From Pseudomonadota bacterium (GTDB lineage: Bacteria; Pseudomonadota; Alphaproteobacteria; Sphingomonadales; Sphingomonadaceae): a stretch of DNA of 64,000 nt. The notes beneath the pieces were generated by a model, which was not told the DNA's origin, ran no database searches, and was given only the letters and a program-made list of their open reading frames with translations. The stretch is from positions 1,557 through 65,556 of the forward strand of contig JBCAZT010000002.1 in assembly GCA_038532855.1 (NCBI GenBank). Direction: 5' to 3'. The position numbers and the translations under genes were made by a program. Shown piece after piece: positions 49,180 through 58,677 of the stretch (within the stretch, counting starts at the first letter, position 1; each line of letters starts with the position of its first letter).

Positions 49180-49749
49180 TTACGAAGGCTCCACGGTTTG
49201 CCTCGCATCAAGAGCATTGGCCAAAACAAGCGAACTGCCGGCCAAAACCAGCGTGATAGCGGCAATCAGGACGATGGGCACAACGCGCCATGATCGTCCG
49301 TATTTTGCATCCCAAGCCTTCGGGCCTGTCGACCGGAGATCTCTCACGAATCCTTTGAATTCTTCTGAGGTGTAGAATTCAGGACTGACCTCGGCCGGCA
49401 GTGACCGAGACAGTTTTTGGATGACAGCTTCGCCCAGTTCGAGGTCTCCAGGACCCCACGTGGGGTCTCCCACAAGGGCGCGCGCCATGATGAATTCGAC
49501 AACCGCATCATCGATGCTGAGTGCACCCATCTTAATCTTGGCACGCGTCAGGTGCTTCTCGACCATGCTGGCGGAAATAGGCTCGCCCGAAACCATGCGA
49601 GCAATTTCTTTATTCGAAGGAGTAGGACGCCGCGATTTCAACTCAAGGACTTCGGTCTGGCGATCTGAAAGAGAACCCAGCATAGAAAACGCATCTTGGC
49701 GAACGCCATCGAGGGGATCGATCATATTTGGTGAAGCGGTTTCAATCAT
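49180..49749 (-). CDS. LuxR-type HTH regulator with C-terminal membrane anchor
   Basis: LSDRQTEVLELKSRRPTPSNKEIARMVSGEPISASMVEKHLTRAKIKMG resembles a GerE/LuxR HTH. C-terminal TM VVPIVLIAAITLVLAGSSLVL. Confidence 0.6.
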   Translation of the reverse strand: MIETASPNMIDPLDGVRQDAFSMLGSLSDRQTEVLELKSRRPTPSNKEIARMVSGEPISASMVEKHLTRAKIKMGALSIDDAVVEFIMARALVGDPTWGPGDLELGEAVIQKLSRSLPAEVSPEFYTSEEFKGFVRDLRSTGPKAWDAKYGRSWRVVPIVLIAAITLVLAGSSLVLANALDARQTVEPS

Positions 49750-49937
49750 GTTGAGCAGTTAACTAAATGAATGAGAAATTGGAAGTGTCTATTTCTTAAT
49801 TCTTTTCCTTGGTTGGATCTTCAAATCCAAATTCTGTACTGCTTTGTAGATATAAAAGTATTGAAATAGAACCAAAATAATAACTCATTACTGAGTTTCA
49901 GGCCGAACGGAGGGTGCTGAAACGCGCTGTGATCCCC

Positions 49938-50206
49938 AGGGTCAGGACTCATTAATCCCACCTTCGAGGCATCGGAATGACGAACATATCGGGCGAAAGC
50001 GCGCGCGGGTAAGGCTGGATGCCTTTGCCAAGCGTGCTTTTGGTCGAGATGGAAGTCATTCCGGTGTCCTTTTGAGGATTTGACCAAAATGGCTGATCGC
50101 AGCGTCGCAAAGGTTTGAAAGACCGCCGGTCTTCCTGCACCTTTGCTCCTCGCACTCAGCCATTTTGCTTCAAACCTCGATGGTGGGATTAATGGGTCCT
50201 GACCCT
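49938..50206. mobile_element. 269-bp MITE-like element with 32-bp terminal inverted repeats and nested internal hairpins
   Basis: 49938-49969 agggtcaggactcattaatcccaccttcgagg matches the reverse complement of 50175-50206 at 30/32 positions. Internal inverted pairs: cggaatgac/gtcattccg and caaaatggctga/tcagccattttg. Confidence 0.5.
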
Positions 50207-50286
50207 AGTAAATTCCTGATCTTGTGTTGCGCCCCTGATCGCGGCAGATTGCCGTGCAGTCTAGTCAGCGCGAGGGGGGAGCAGGC

Positions 50287-52485
50287 ATGGGCAAAAGCGA
50301 CAAAGGTTTCATGGCAACATCCGCGCCGGATGCGGGTTTCTTGGCCTCTGCTGAAAGCGGGGAAATCGTTGGCAATTGGCGCATTGTAAATGAACTGGGC
50401 ACGGGCGCGATGAGCGCGGTCTATTCAGCAGAGCGCGCAGATGGACTGTTTACGCAAAGCGCTGCTTTGAAACTCATGGCGCCGGGCGGTTCCCATCGCC
50501 GGGATAGGTTCGACAAAGAGCGGCAAGCACTTGCATTGCTCGACCATCCCTCCATCGCGCGGATTATTGATGGCGGAAGCGATGCGAAAGACCGGCCATT
50601 TCTTGTCATGGAACTGGTTGATGGTGAGACAATCGATGATTGGGCTGAGGCAGAAAAGCCATCGAGGCGTGCGATTATAGAGCAATTGTGCGAATTGTGC
50701 GGGGCTCTTAATCATGCCCATGCGCGTATGATTCTGCACCGCGACATCAAACCTTCCAACATTCTGATTGATAGAAAGGGACGATTGCGGCTTGTTGATT
50801 TTGGCATTTCGGTATCTTTGGAAGACGATGAAAATGAGGCGTCTTACGCAGCTCACACGCCTGCCTTTGCCGCCCCTGAACAGCTCGAAGGCGAGGCTGA
50901 GACCAGCGCCTCTGATATCTTTGCCATTGGGTGCGTTGCCAATTTCTTGTTGTCAGGCAATGTCCCCGAGCGCAAAAACGATGGCAGTGTTACCATAAGT
51001 GCAGCTGGGATCGGCGACAAAGATCTCGCGGCTATCTTGGCCCAAGCAACCCACCTAGACTCTAATCTCAGATACCAAAGCGCCAATGCCCTGCGCGATG
51101 ACTTTCAAGCCTGGCTCGATAAGCGCCCCGTTTCTGCTCGTGATGGAGGCGCGGCCTATCGCTTTGAGCGTTTTCTGCGACGCAATCCTCTCGAAACAGC
51201 TCTAGGTTCGCTTGCGCTTGTTTCGCTGATTGGCGGGTTGGTTGTGAGCCTTGTTCTGGCAGACCGCGCGCGTGATGAGCGCGATCAGGCGATTTTGGCG
51301 AAAGCGGAAACGCAATGGTCGCTTGATCGCAGCAACTACTTTAACCAATCAACATCCGCTTATGCCGATTTGATGCAGCGTATTTTTGGCGAGAGCGACG
51401 ATGTTGAACGTCTAACTGCATTGTTGCTGGAGCGTTTGGAAGAGGTGCAGGCGCAGGCCGATAAAGATGGCGATACAGCTGCCTTCCTATCCTATGCCGT
51501 GGGTCGCCACTTTCTGTTTCGCAATGATTATCCAAACAGTATCACGGCCATGGAGCATTGGGTGCAAGGAGCCTATGGTCCTGAAAAGTTTCATCTGCAC
51601 GGCAAACAGCTTTTGGCAATTGCGTATAGAAGAACGGGAAGGACTGAAGAGGCGATCGATCTTGAGCGGCAGCTCGAGCGGCAGATGACCGGCACCTTCG
51701 ATGAAAACACTCCTGATCACGCAGCAACAGCATCCAATTTGGCTCTAACGACTTTCGATCCAGCTGACCTGGAGCGCGCTCAGCAAGTTGTGGTGGCGAC
51801 AATCCCCGGGGAGGAAGATCCCAGCATTACCATGTTCCTGCAAAACCAATTGTCTAAACTCTATGAGGCAAGCGGCGATTTTGATCGTGGTTATGAAGCC
51901 ATGAAGGGCGTCGTCGAGATCATCGACAAGGATGAGCTGGGCGAAATTTCTGGGCAAGACACCGGTCGCCTGAACCTGATCGCCTACGAGCTGTTTCATT
52001 CCGAGGATTTGGAACGCGCCGAAGAATTGTTGGCTTTCGTGTTCCGGGACGCCGAAATTCGCGGGGCGTCAAGCGAGCTAGCGCGTGCCCAATGGTACAG
52101 GGCAGAAATCGAATGGCGGCGTGGGGACATGAAGGCTGCAAAATCAAGCTTCGAAACAGCGCTTCCTCTTTCTGTTCAATTCACAGGTGAAGAAGCACCG
52201 CTCACGAAAGATATTCGCCATGCCTATGCGGAGCTTCTTGCCGGAATGGACGAGTTTGATGCTGCGGGCGCTATGCTGGACCAAGCAGGAGACAGCGAAT
52301 CCGTCCGACATCAGCTCGCCAGTCTGCGATTGATGCTTGAGCAAGAAGGGGCTGAGGCGGCTCTTGGCGCGATGTCGGCCGATAACCCAATATTGGCGGA
52401 AAAGATCAATTCTGCGGAGAAAAACTGGCGTTACGAAAAGCTGCGCGCTGATGGGCTGAAGCTTCCAGACTTGTCTGCTCGTTGA
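50287..52485 (+). CDS. Ser/Thr protein kinase with TM segment and TPR-like sensor domain
   Basis: ATG at 50287 after GAGGGGGGA. Kinase motifs HRDIKPSNILI, VDFGIS, FAAPEQ. TM ALGSLALVSLIGGLVVSLVLA, then about 400 aa of helical repeats. Confidence 0.9.
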   Translation: MGKSDKGFMATSAPDAGFLASAESGEIVGNWRIVNELGTGAMSAVYSAERADGLFTQSAALKLMAPGGSHRRDRFDKERQALALLDHPSIARIIDGGSDAKDRPFLVMELVDGETIDDWAEAEKPSRRAIIEQLCELCGALNHAHARMILHRDIKPSNILIDRKGRLRLVDFGISVSLEDDENEASYAAHTPAFAAPEQLEGEAETSASDIFAIGCVANFLLSGNVPERKNDGSVTISAAGIGDKDLAAILAQATHLDSNLRYQSANALRDDFQAWLDKRPVSARDGGAAYRFERFLRRNPLETALGSLALVSLIGGLVVSLVLADRARDERDQAILAKAETQWSLDRSNYFNQSTSAYADLMQRIFGESDDVERLTALLLERLEEVQAQADKDGDTAAFLSYAVGRHFLFRNDYPNSITAMEHWVQGAYGPEKFHLHGKQLLAIAYRRTGRTEEAIDLERQLERQMTGTFDENTPDHAATASNLALTTFDPADLERAQQVVVATIPGEEDPSITMFLQNQLSKLYEASGDFDRGYEAMKGVVEIIDKDELGEISGQDTGRLNLIAYELFHSEDLERAEELLAFVFRDAEIRGASSELARAQWYRAEIEWRRGDMKAAKSSFETALPLSVQFTGEEAPLTKDIRHAYAELLAGMDEFDAAGAMLDQAGDSESVRHQLASLRLMLEQEGAEAALGAMSADNPILAEKINSAEKNWRYEKLRADGLKLPDLSAR

Positions 52486-52493
52486 GCTGAAAA

Positions 52494-53087
52494 TCAGGTT
52501 GCGACGCCCAATTGTTCTCCAATCCATTCACGCGCATTGCGCCATTCGCGTCTTACGGTTCGCGCGCTGATATTTAAAGCGCCTGCCGCCTCGTCTTCGG
52601 TCATGCCTGCAAAATAGCGCGCATCAACAATTCGCATCCAACGCGGATTGGACGCCTCCAGCTTTTCCATCATCTGCCCGATTTGCAAAAGCTGTTCGGG
52701 TGTTTCGGAAAATTCTGGGAAAGCGCGTTCCTCATCCAAGGTTTCCGCCTTTGATCCTCCGCCGCGTTTATCCGCCTTGCGGCGGCGAAGATGGTCAATG
52801 ATGACATGGCGCATGGCCAAAACGGCAGCGCGGATGAAGTGCTCTTCGGAATTCCATTGCCGTTTGCCATCCAGCTTCAACCAGCATTCGTGGAGCAGAT
52901 CGCTTGTTTGCAATGTATCGCCCAGATCGGCGCGTCTGCGTTTTGCACGCGCAATGTCGATCAGAGTGTCATAGTTTTCAGCGATGATACGTTCAGCGAG
53001 TGCGCGATCATTATCATTATAGCTTGCCAGCGCCATCAATGCCTTTCCCCAACAGGCCCGTTTATCTCGGTCCGGATATAAAAACAT
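52494..53087 (-). CDS. ECF sigma factor of the kinase-associated (TIGR02999/ECF43-like) type
   Basis: TLQTSDLLHECWLKL...W.SEEHFIRAAVLAMRHVIIDHLRRRKADKRGG and region 4 IVDARYFAGMTEDEAAGALNISARTVRREW. Convergent with and adjacent to the kinase. The start may be the internal Met at residue 18. Confidence 0.85.
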   Translation of the reverse strand: MFLYPDRDKRACWGKALMALASYNDNDRALAERIIAENYDTLIDIARAKRRRADLGDTLQTSDLLHECWLKLDGKRQWNSEEHFIRAAVLAMRHVIIDHLRRRKADKRGGGSKAETLDEERAFPEFSETPEQLLQIGQMMEKLEASNPRWMRIVDARYFAGMTEDEAAGALNISARTVRREWRNAREWIGEQLGVAT

Positions 53088-53352
53088 CTATATCGCAAAA
53101 GCTTGTAAGGGTCCGACACAATTTCCCTGAAAAAATTTGGCCGGGTTTCGGCCTGCAATGCGTGAATGTTGGTGAGCAAGTTGATTGCGATTGTTCCAGG
53201 CCGATTACCCGACGGCCTATCCCGGACATTCGTGTCAACTTGCTCGCAACATTCGGCTGAAAGAACATTGCTGTCTGTGGTTAAGAAAATTCAGGTCAAC
53301 TGAAGAATTAAACGCAGAAATAGGGGGCGGTGGGGCCGGGGAAGGGCATATA

Positions 53353-55713
53353 ATGGAACAGTACCGGCCACCCATTTTCGATTCTGGATTTGGGCCACCA
53401 AAGAGTTTTACTGACAGCTTCATAGAGTTGGTTATGAAGCGCAAAGTTCTGACGGTGATCGTCTCGATTTTACCGGTTATTTTTCTTGCGCTTGGTTTTA
53501 CCAATCTGAGCCGCGATCCATCGGTTGACGCCTTTGTCAGCGAAGATCACACCGCTTTTGTCGCTCGTGAAAAGGCGAAAGTGACTTTTGGATTGGAAGA
53601 TCCCGTCGTTGTCGTCTTTGCCGAAAAGGAAGGCGTAGACGCCTTTAACGCCCGGACTTTGCGGGCTTTGGCAGAATTTACCGATCAGGTGGGCTTCATT
53701 GAGGGCGTTGATGAAGGCGTTGTCAGCCTCGCATCAGAAAAAGCCATACTTGCAAATACGGCAGGTGATCTCGAAGCGCCGATGATCCTTGATCCTTTTG
53801 GTTTCGAACCAGAACGCGTCCGTGAGCTTTATTTGGCGATGCCGCAATACAAGGATTTGCTGGTTTCGAGTGAGCAAGATGCGTTTTCGGTTATCATCCC
53901 GGTGGTCGATCCAAACCGCGCCGAAGACGATGTGCGCGCTATCCGAGAGCTGGCCACTAATCTGGCGCCTGATGGCGTAAGCGTCCACATCTCAGGTGTT
54001 GCGGCGATGAATGCGAGCCTTGCAGAGCACATCGCCCAAGATACGCGCATTTTCATACCCGCTGCGTTCCTCACTATTGTCTTTGTTCTGTTGTTTGCGC
54101 TTCGGCGGTTGAAGGCGCTTGTCGGTCCGCTGATTGTTATTGCTGGCGCTGCCATTTCCGCCGTGGGTGCGATTGGTATGTTCGGCTCCAGTTATTTTCT
54201 CATCACCACCGCGCTTCCGGTTGTTCTGGTGGCGATTGCCGTGGCGGATAGCATCCATTTAACGCTCGCCTACCAGCGCCAGTTGCGCCTGGGCAAAGTT
54301 GCTGGGCGTGAGCAATGCATGGTCAAAGCTATGCAGGAAGTGGCCATGCCGATTTTCCTTACAAGCTTGACAACGGCTTGCGGATTTATTGGCCTTTCGC
54401 TTGGCACTCCGATGGAGCCGATTGCCCATTTCGGCCTCTTTGCGGCTTTGGGAACTATGGTGGCTTGCCTTTTGAGCCTTACCTTGCTGCCCATCATTCA
54501 ATTGCGGCTTGGCGAAGGGCATATAGATCTTCGCGACACCTTCGTGATCGATAAAGCGCTCAAGAAACTCGCATTGTGGAGCGCGAGCCAGCCTCGGGTC
54601 TCATTGGCCTTGTCTGGTGGGATTATCGCCGCTGCTTTTGTAGGCGCTAGCTTTGTATCCTTCGATTATGCCCGGCCCAACTACTTCACTCCGGGCGATC
54701 CCGTTTTGACAGCGGATGAAGTGCTGGCAGATCGGTTTGTCGGAACCAATGTGCTTGATGTGGTCATTGACGCAGGCGAGGAAGAAGCACTTCTAACAGC
54801 GTCCTCGGTGGCAGCCGTTCAAGATTTGCAGAACCGGATCGAAAGCCTTTCTGGCATCCACAAGACGACCAGCTATGTCGATTCTATCGGGCTTATGCAT
54901 GAACGTTTGGTGGGCGCTCCACGCGGCGCGCTGCCGTCGCGCGAAGATGCGCCTGCGCAATATATGTTCCTGTATGAGGCGAGCGGTGATCCCGATGATT
55001 TTTCCAATCAATTGGATTTTGAGCGCTCGCAAGCTTTGGTACGCAGTTATCTGGCAAGCGGCCGCTACAGCGAGACAAAGCCGTTAATCGCAGATGTTCG
55101 TTCGGTGCTGGATAGCTGGTCCGCTGAAACAGGCTTGAATGCTGAAATCAGCGGGCGGATCCCGGTCAATGAAGGTTGGATGGATTCGCTGCGCGATACG
55201 CATCCGACCAATATCGGGCTGGCCGTAGCGCTGATATTCATCGCCACGTGCATCCTTCAACGCAGCTTCAAATGGTCGGTTGTAGCTTTGCTCCCCGTGC
55301 TGAGCGGCATCGTGATGATGTATGCTGCTATGGGAATTGCGGGCATTGATCTGGCCCCTGCAACCAGCATGTGCGCTGCGATTGCGGCAGGGTTGGGGAT
55401 CGATTTTGGCATCCACCTTGTCAAAGAATTGCGCTCCCATCTTGGGCGCGAGAAAGACCTGATTGCCGCTTTGTCTGGCCATTATGTTGGGGTAATGCGC
55501 GCGTGCTTTTTCAGTGCGGTCAGCCTTGGCCTTGGCTTTGCTGTTCTCATTCTCAGCCGCACACCCGTGCTTGATTGGTTCGGCCTGCTCATCGCTTTTG
55601 CAGCCTTTGGCAGCCTGTTCGGCGCGCTGCTGATTATCCCGGCGATTGCTGCGATCGGCCAAACCAAAACCAAACCTATTTCCACATCATTCGAAAGGCT
55701 TGAACATGCGTAA
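53353..55713 (+). CDS. MMPL/RND-superfamily (sterol-sensing-domain type) transporter
   Basis: ATG at 53353. 12 TM in a 2x(1+5) arrangement with two large periplasmic loops. Resembles HpnN/MMPL-type exporters. Confidence 0.85.
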   Translation: MEQYRPPIFDSGFGPPKSFTDSFIELVMKRKVLTVIVSILPVIFLALGFTNLSRDPSVDAFVSEDHTAFVAREKAKVTFGLEDPVVVVFAEKEGVDAFNARTLRALAEFTDQVGFIEGVDEGVVSLASEKAILANTAGDLEAPMILDPFGFEPERVRELYLAMPQYKDLLVSSEQDAFSVIIPVVDPNRAEDDVRAIRELATNLAPDGVSVHISGVAAMNASLAEHIAQDTRIFIPAAFLTIVFVLLFALRRLKALVGPLIVIAGAAISAVGAIGMFGSSYFLITTALPVVLVAIAVADSIHLTLAYQRQLRLGKVAGREQCMVKAMQEVAMPIFLTSLTTACGFIGLSLGTPMEPIAHFGLFAALGTMVACLLSLTLLPIIQLRLGEGHIDLRDTFVIDKALKKLALWSASQPRVSLALSGGIIAAAFVGASFVSFDYARPNYFTPGDPVLTADEVLADRFVGTNVLDVVIDAGEEEALLTASSVAAVQDLQNRIESLSGIHKTTSYVDSIGLMHERLVGAPRGALPSREDAPAQYMFLYEASGDPDDFSNQLDFERSQALVRSYLASGRYSETKPLIADVRSVLDSWSAETGLNAEISGRIPVNEGWMDSLRDTHPTNIGLAVALIFIATCILQRSFKWSVVALLPVLSGIVMMYAAMGIAGIDLAPATSMCAAIAAGLGIDFGIHLVKELRSHLGREKDLIAALSGHYVGVMRACFFSAVSLGLGFAVLILSRTPVLDWFGLLIAFAAFGSLFGALLIIPAIAAIGQTKTKPISTSFERLEHA

Positions 55714-56491
55714 ACTACTCATTGCACCACTTTTTCTGCTTGCCAGCATGGCTTCTGCCTCCAACGGCCCCAGCCTTGCACAAAAGGTTGCAGAGCGTCC
55801 TTCGAATGATCCGCGCACCGGGGTGATCAGCTTTGCCACCAAGAATTCGAAAGGGCAGGTGCGCCGCCGGACAGCGCGTCTAGCCGTGACGGAGACGGGC
55901 GCAACGCATCGGATGGTCCTCTCCTTCCAAAAACCTGTAAGCATTCGTGAAACCTCTTTCCTCACCCACGATCATAAGAGCCCGAAAGCGGCGGATGAAA
56001 CCTGGTTGTACCTGCCTGCAACCAGCCGAACGCGCCGCATCCCATCATCGGGCCAATCGGATTCTTTCATGGGAACAGAGCTGACTTATGGCGATGTTAA
56101 AGACAGCTTCAAATTCGGGTTGGGGGACTACAAATTCACCTATGGCGGCAAAACCAAAAGCGGCCGCCATATCCTTAAAGGAAAAGCGGTAAGCGCGGCT
56201 AAGGCAAAGAAGCTGGGCTATGGCGGGTTTGTTGCGCATATTGATCCGGCGACCAATTTCCCGCGCTTTATCAGCTTTACCGATCCTTCCGGACGCAAGC
56301 TGAAAACGGTTTCCGTGAAGAAAATGCAGAAAGTGGGCTCCAGCTGGATGGCCACCCAATTCACTGTCGCCAATAGCCGGACGGGCCGGTCAACCACCGT
56401 CACGATTTCCAACCTCACTCGCAGCGGTGGATTGTCCGGGAAATTGTTCGATCCCAAACTGCTCGACCGCGTCGCGAGCCGGATGAAATGA
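55706..56491 (+). CDS. outer-membrane lipoprotein-sorting (LolA-like) protein
   Basis: ATG at 55706 overlaps the MMPL gene end. Signal peptide MRKLLIAPLFLLASMASA. SFMGTELTYGDV is typical of the LolA-like DUF4367/outer membrane lipoprotein-sorting family. Confidence 0.7.
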   Translation: MRKLLIAPLFLLASMASASNGPSLAQKVAERPSNDPRTGVISFATKNSKGQVRRRTARLAVTETGATHRMVLSFQKPVSIRETSFLTHDHKSPKAADETWLYLPATSRTRRIPSSGQSDSFMGTELTYGDVKDSFKFGLGDYKFTYGGKTKSGRHILKGKAVSAAKAKKLGYGGFVAHIDPATNFPRFISFTDPSGRKLKTVSVKKMQKVGSSWMATQFTVANSRTGRSTTVTISNLTRSGGLSGKLFDPKLLDRVASRMK

Positions 56492-57753
56492 AGCTTTGGT
56501 CTGCGGGACTTGCGGTCTGTTCTCTCCTCCATTGCACTGCTGCCTGGGGGCAAGTGCAAGCCTCCGGCAACGTCGAGGTTGCAGTGGATGAAGATGGCTG
56601 GTCCCGCAGCGCACTGCTCGTGGTGCCCAAATGGTCGGCAAGCATCGATGATGATGCGGAAGCCGTTCTTTCCTTCCGCGTAGAAGGCGCTGCGTCAGAA
56701 ACCGGTTTGGGGACCACGAGCAGTTTTTCGCCCATTTCTGAGCCTCTGATTGGCGGCGATGATTTCAGAGTTTCTATCGAGGAAGCATTTGTTGAACTGG
56801 GTTCTGACAATGTCGATGTGATATTGGGCAAACAAAATGTCGCCTGGGGTTCGCTTGATGGGATTAGGATCACGGACAAAGTCAATCCGGAACGGCGAAC
56901 CGAATTTTTAGCGCGCGAACCGCGTCCGGATCGTATTCCTATTTGGGCTGCCCGCGTGAAATTGCGCGCTGGCGATTTTGATCTCGATATCGTCGGCGCG
57001 CCTGACCCGACAGTCAATCAGGTTCCGCAAGTTGGCAGCACCTTCTTTCCGACTGCCCCCCGTCTGCTGGGTGGGCTTATGCCTGTGGGGCAATTTCCGG
57101 CGATAATCCGGCAAGATCGCGGTCGTCTTTTCGAAGATGGGGTTGTAGCAGCGCGGGCTTCGATCAGGGCATCAAGTTTGGATTTGCGAGTGTCCGCGAT
57201 ATCAGCGCCTGATCGCGATGGTATCGTCAGCTTTGATGGACAATCGATCAATATCCTTCACCCTAGAACCCATTCTTTCGGGCTGGAAGCGGTGTGGCAA
57301 ACGGGCAATGTCGTTTTGCGATTGGACAGCGCGTGGACACCTGATGCGGTTCATGTCCTTGATCAAACCTTTGCGACCCAATCCACGAAGGCCGATCAAA
57401 TTGTTGCCGGGATAGGTGCAGATATTGATGGGCCGTTTGAGAGTTTCATCAACATTCAAGTGATCGCAGATCATGTTGCAAGCGATCAAACTCTGGTCCG
57501 CCCAAAAACAGACATCTTCTCATCACTGCGCATTCAAAAGCAAATTGCCAATGGCGATGTTGGTCTCAAAATTGAGGCGATCAATTCGTGGACGGGCGAG
57601 GGACATTTGTTGCGCGCCGAGATGGAGCGGAGGCTGAGTGACAATTTCGATCTGTACTTTGGCGTAGATGCATTTTTTGGGTCTGAGGATGAGTTGATAG
57701 GCCAATTCGAGCGCCGTTCTCGTGTAAAGGCAGGTGTCAGATTTGCTTTTTAA
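56488..57753 (+). CDS. putative outer-membrane beta-barrel protein
   Basis: Signal peptide MKLWSAGLAVCSLLHCTAAWG. Alternating-hydrophobic strands. C-terminal ...KAGVRFAF aromatic terminus. ATGA overlap with the upstream gene. Confidence 0.5.
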   Translation: MKLWSAGLAVCSLLHCTAAWGQVQASGNVEVAVDEDGWSRSALLVVPKWSASIDDDAEAVLSFRVEGAASETGLGTTSSFSPISEPLIGGDDFRVSIEEAFVELGSDNVDVILGKQNVAWGSLDGIRITDKVNPERRTEFLAREPRPDRIPIWAARVKLRAGDFDLDIVGAPDPTVNQVPQVGSTFFPTAPRLLGGLMPVGQFPAIIRQDRGRLFEDGVVAARASIRASSLDLRVSAISAPDRDGIVSFDGQSINILHPRTHSFGLEAVWQTGNVVLRLDSAWTPDAVHVLDQTFATQSTKADQIVAGIGADIDGPFESFINIQVIADHVASDQTLVRPKTDIFSSLRIQKQIANGDVGLKIEAINSWTGEGHLLRAEMERRLSDNFDLYFGVDAFFGSEDELIGQFERRSRVKAGVRFAF

Positions 57754-57799
57754 TACACACTTGCTTGCCGCTCGTGTGTCTCGGCTTTAGGGCGGGGGC

Positions 57800-58672
57800 A
57801 TGACTGATAAAGATCTCACCAATCACAAATTCTACCGCGCAGGCGAAGAAACCCAGTTTTTGGAAGACACGCCGACCAGCACGCCGCAAACAGAGCATCC
57901 TGCCTATAAGCTGGCTTTCAGGGACACGGACTTCTTATTGCGCGATGAATTGCGCCCGGTCCGCTTTCAACTGGAGCTGCTGAAGCCAGAAATGCTGCTG
58001 GATGAGGCCCGCGTTGGTTCAACCATGGTGATGTATGGATCGGCCCGCATCCCTTCGCCCGAAGAGGCTCAGGCCAAAATCGATGCTGCAAAGAATGGGT
58101 CTGAATACGAGCAAACAGTGGCAGCGCGTCTTGCTGAAAAGGCAAAGTACTACGAAGAGGCGTATAAGCTTGCGCGGCTTGTTTCTGAAAAAGCCATCAT
58201 CGAACAGGGCAAGAGGCAATTTGTCGTATGCTCTGGTGGCGGTCCATCAATTATGGAAGCGGCCAATCGCGGGGCAAGCGATGCAGGGGCTGAAAGCATC
58301 GGCCTCAACATCATACTGCCGCATGAGCAGGCTCCCAATTCGTACGTGACGCCCTATCTCAGCCTCAATTTTCACTACTTTGCGCTGCGCAAAATGCACT
58401 TTTTGCTAAGAGCGCGCGCAGTTGCCGTGTTCCCCGGCGGATTTGGTACCTTTGATGAGTTTTTCGAGCTGCTTACTCTTATTCAGACCGGCAAAATGAA
58501 ACCCATCCCGATCCTGCTTTTCGGCAAGGACTTTTGGAACCGCGTCGTCAATTTTGAAGCCATTGCTGAGGAAGGCACGATCTCAAAGAAAGACCTCGAC
58601 CTATTCCAATGGTGCGAAACGGCGGATGAAGCTTGGTCGCATATCGCTGATTTTTACGAGCTCGAGAGCTAG
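57800..58672 (+). CDS. LOG family (TIGR00730) nucleotide phosphoribohydrolase-like protein
   Basis: VVCSGGGPSIMEAANRGA and PGGFGTFDEFFELLTLIQTGK motifs. Confidence 0.85.
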   Translation: MTDKDLTNHKFYRAGEETQFLEDTPTSTPQTEHPAYKLAFRDTDFLLRDELRPVRFQLELLKPEMLLDEARVGSTMVMYGSARIPSPEEAQAKIDAAKNGSEYEQTVAARLAEKAKYYEEAYKLARLVSEKAIIEQGKRQFVVCSGGGPSIMEAANRGASDAGAESIGLNIILPHEQAPNSYVTPYLSLNFHYFALRKMHFLLRARAVAVFPGGFGTFDEFFELLTLIQTGKMKPIPILLFGKDFWNRVVNFEAIAEEGTISKKDLDLFQWCETADEAWSHIADFYELES

Positions 58673-58677
58673 GCTAG

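Noticed and set aside
49952-50155. 67-aa ORF inside the MITE-like element
   Set aside because: It lies entirely within nested inverted repeats. It has no RBS and an Arg/Pro/Ser-rich composition. The region is better explained as structured non-coding DNA or RNA.
55084-57017. Minus-strand ORFs 55084..55662 and 56415..57017 (192-200 aa)
   Set aside because: They are antisense to the MMPL transporter and to the LolA-like and barrel genes. They have no motifs and shadow-ORF composition.
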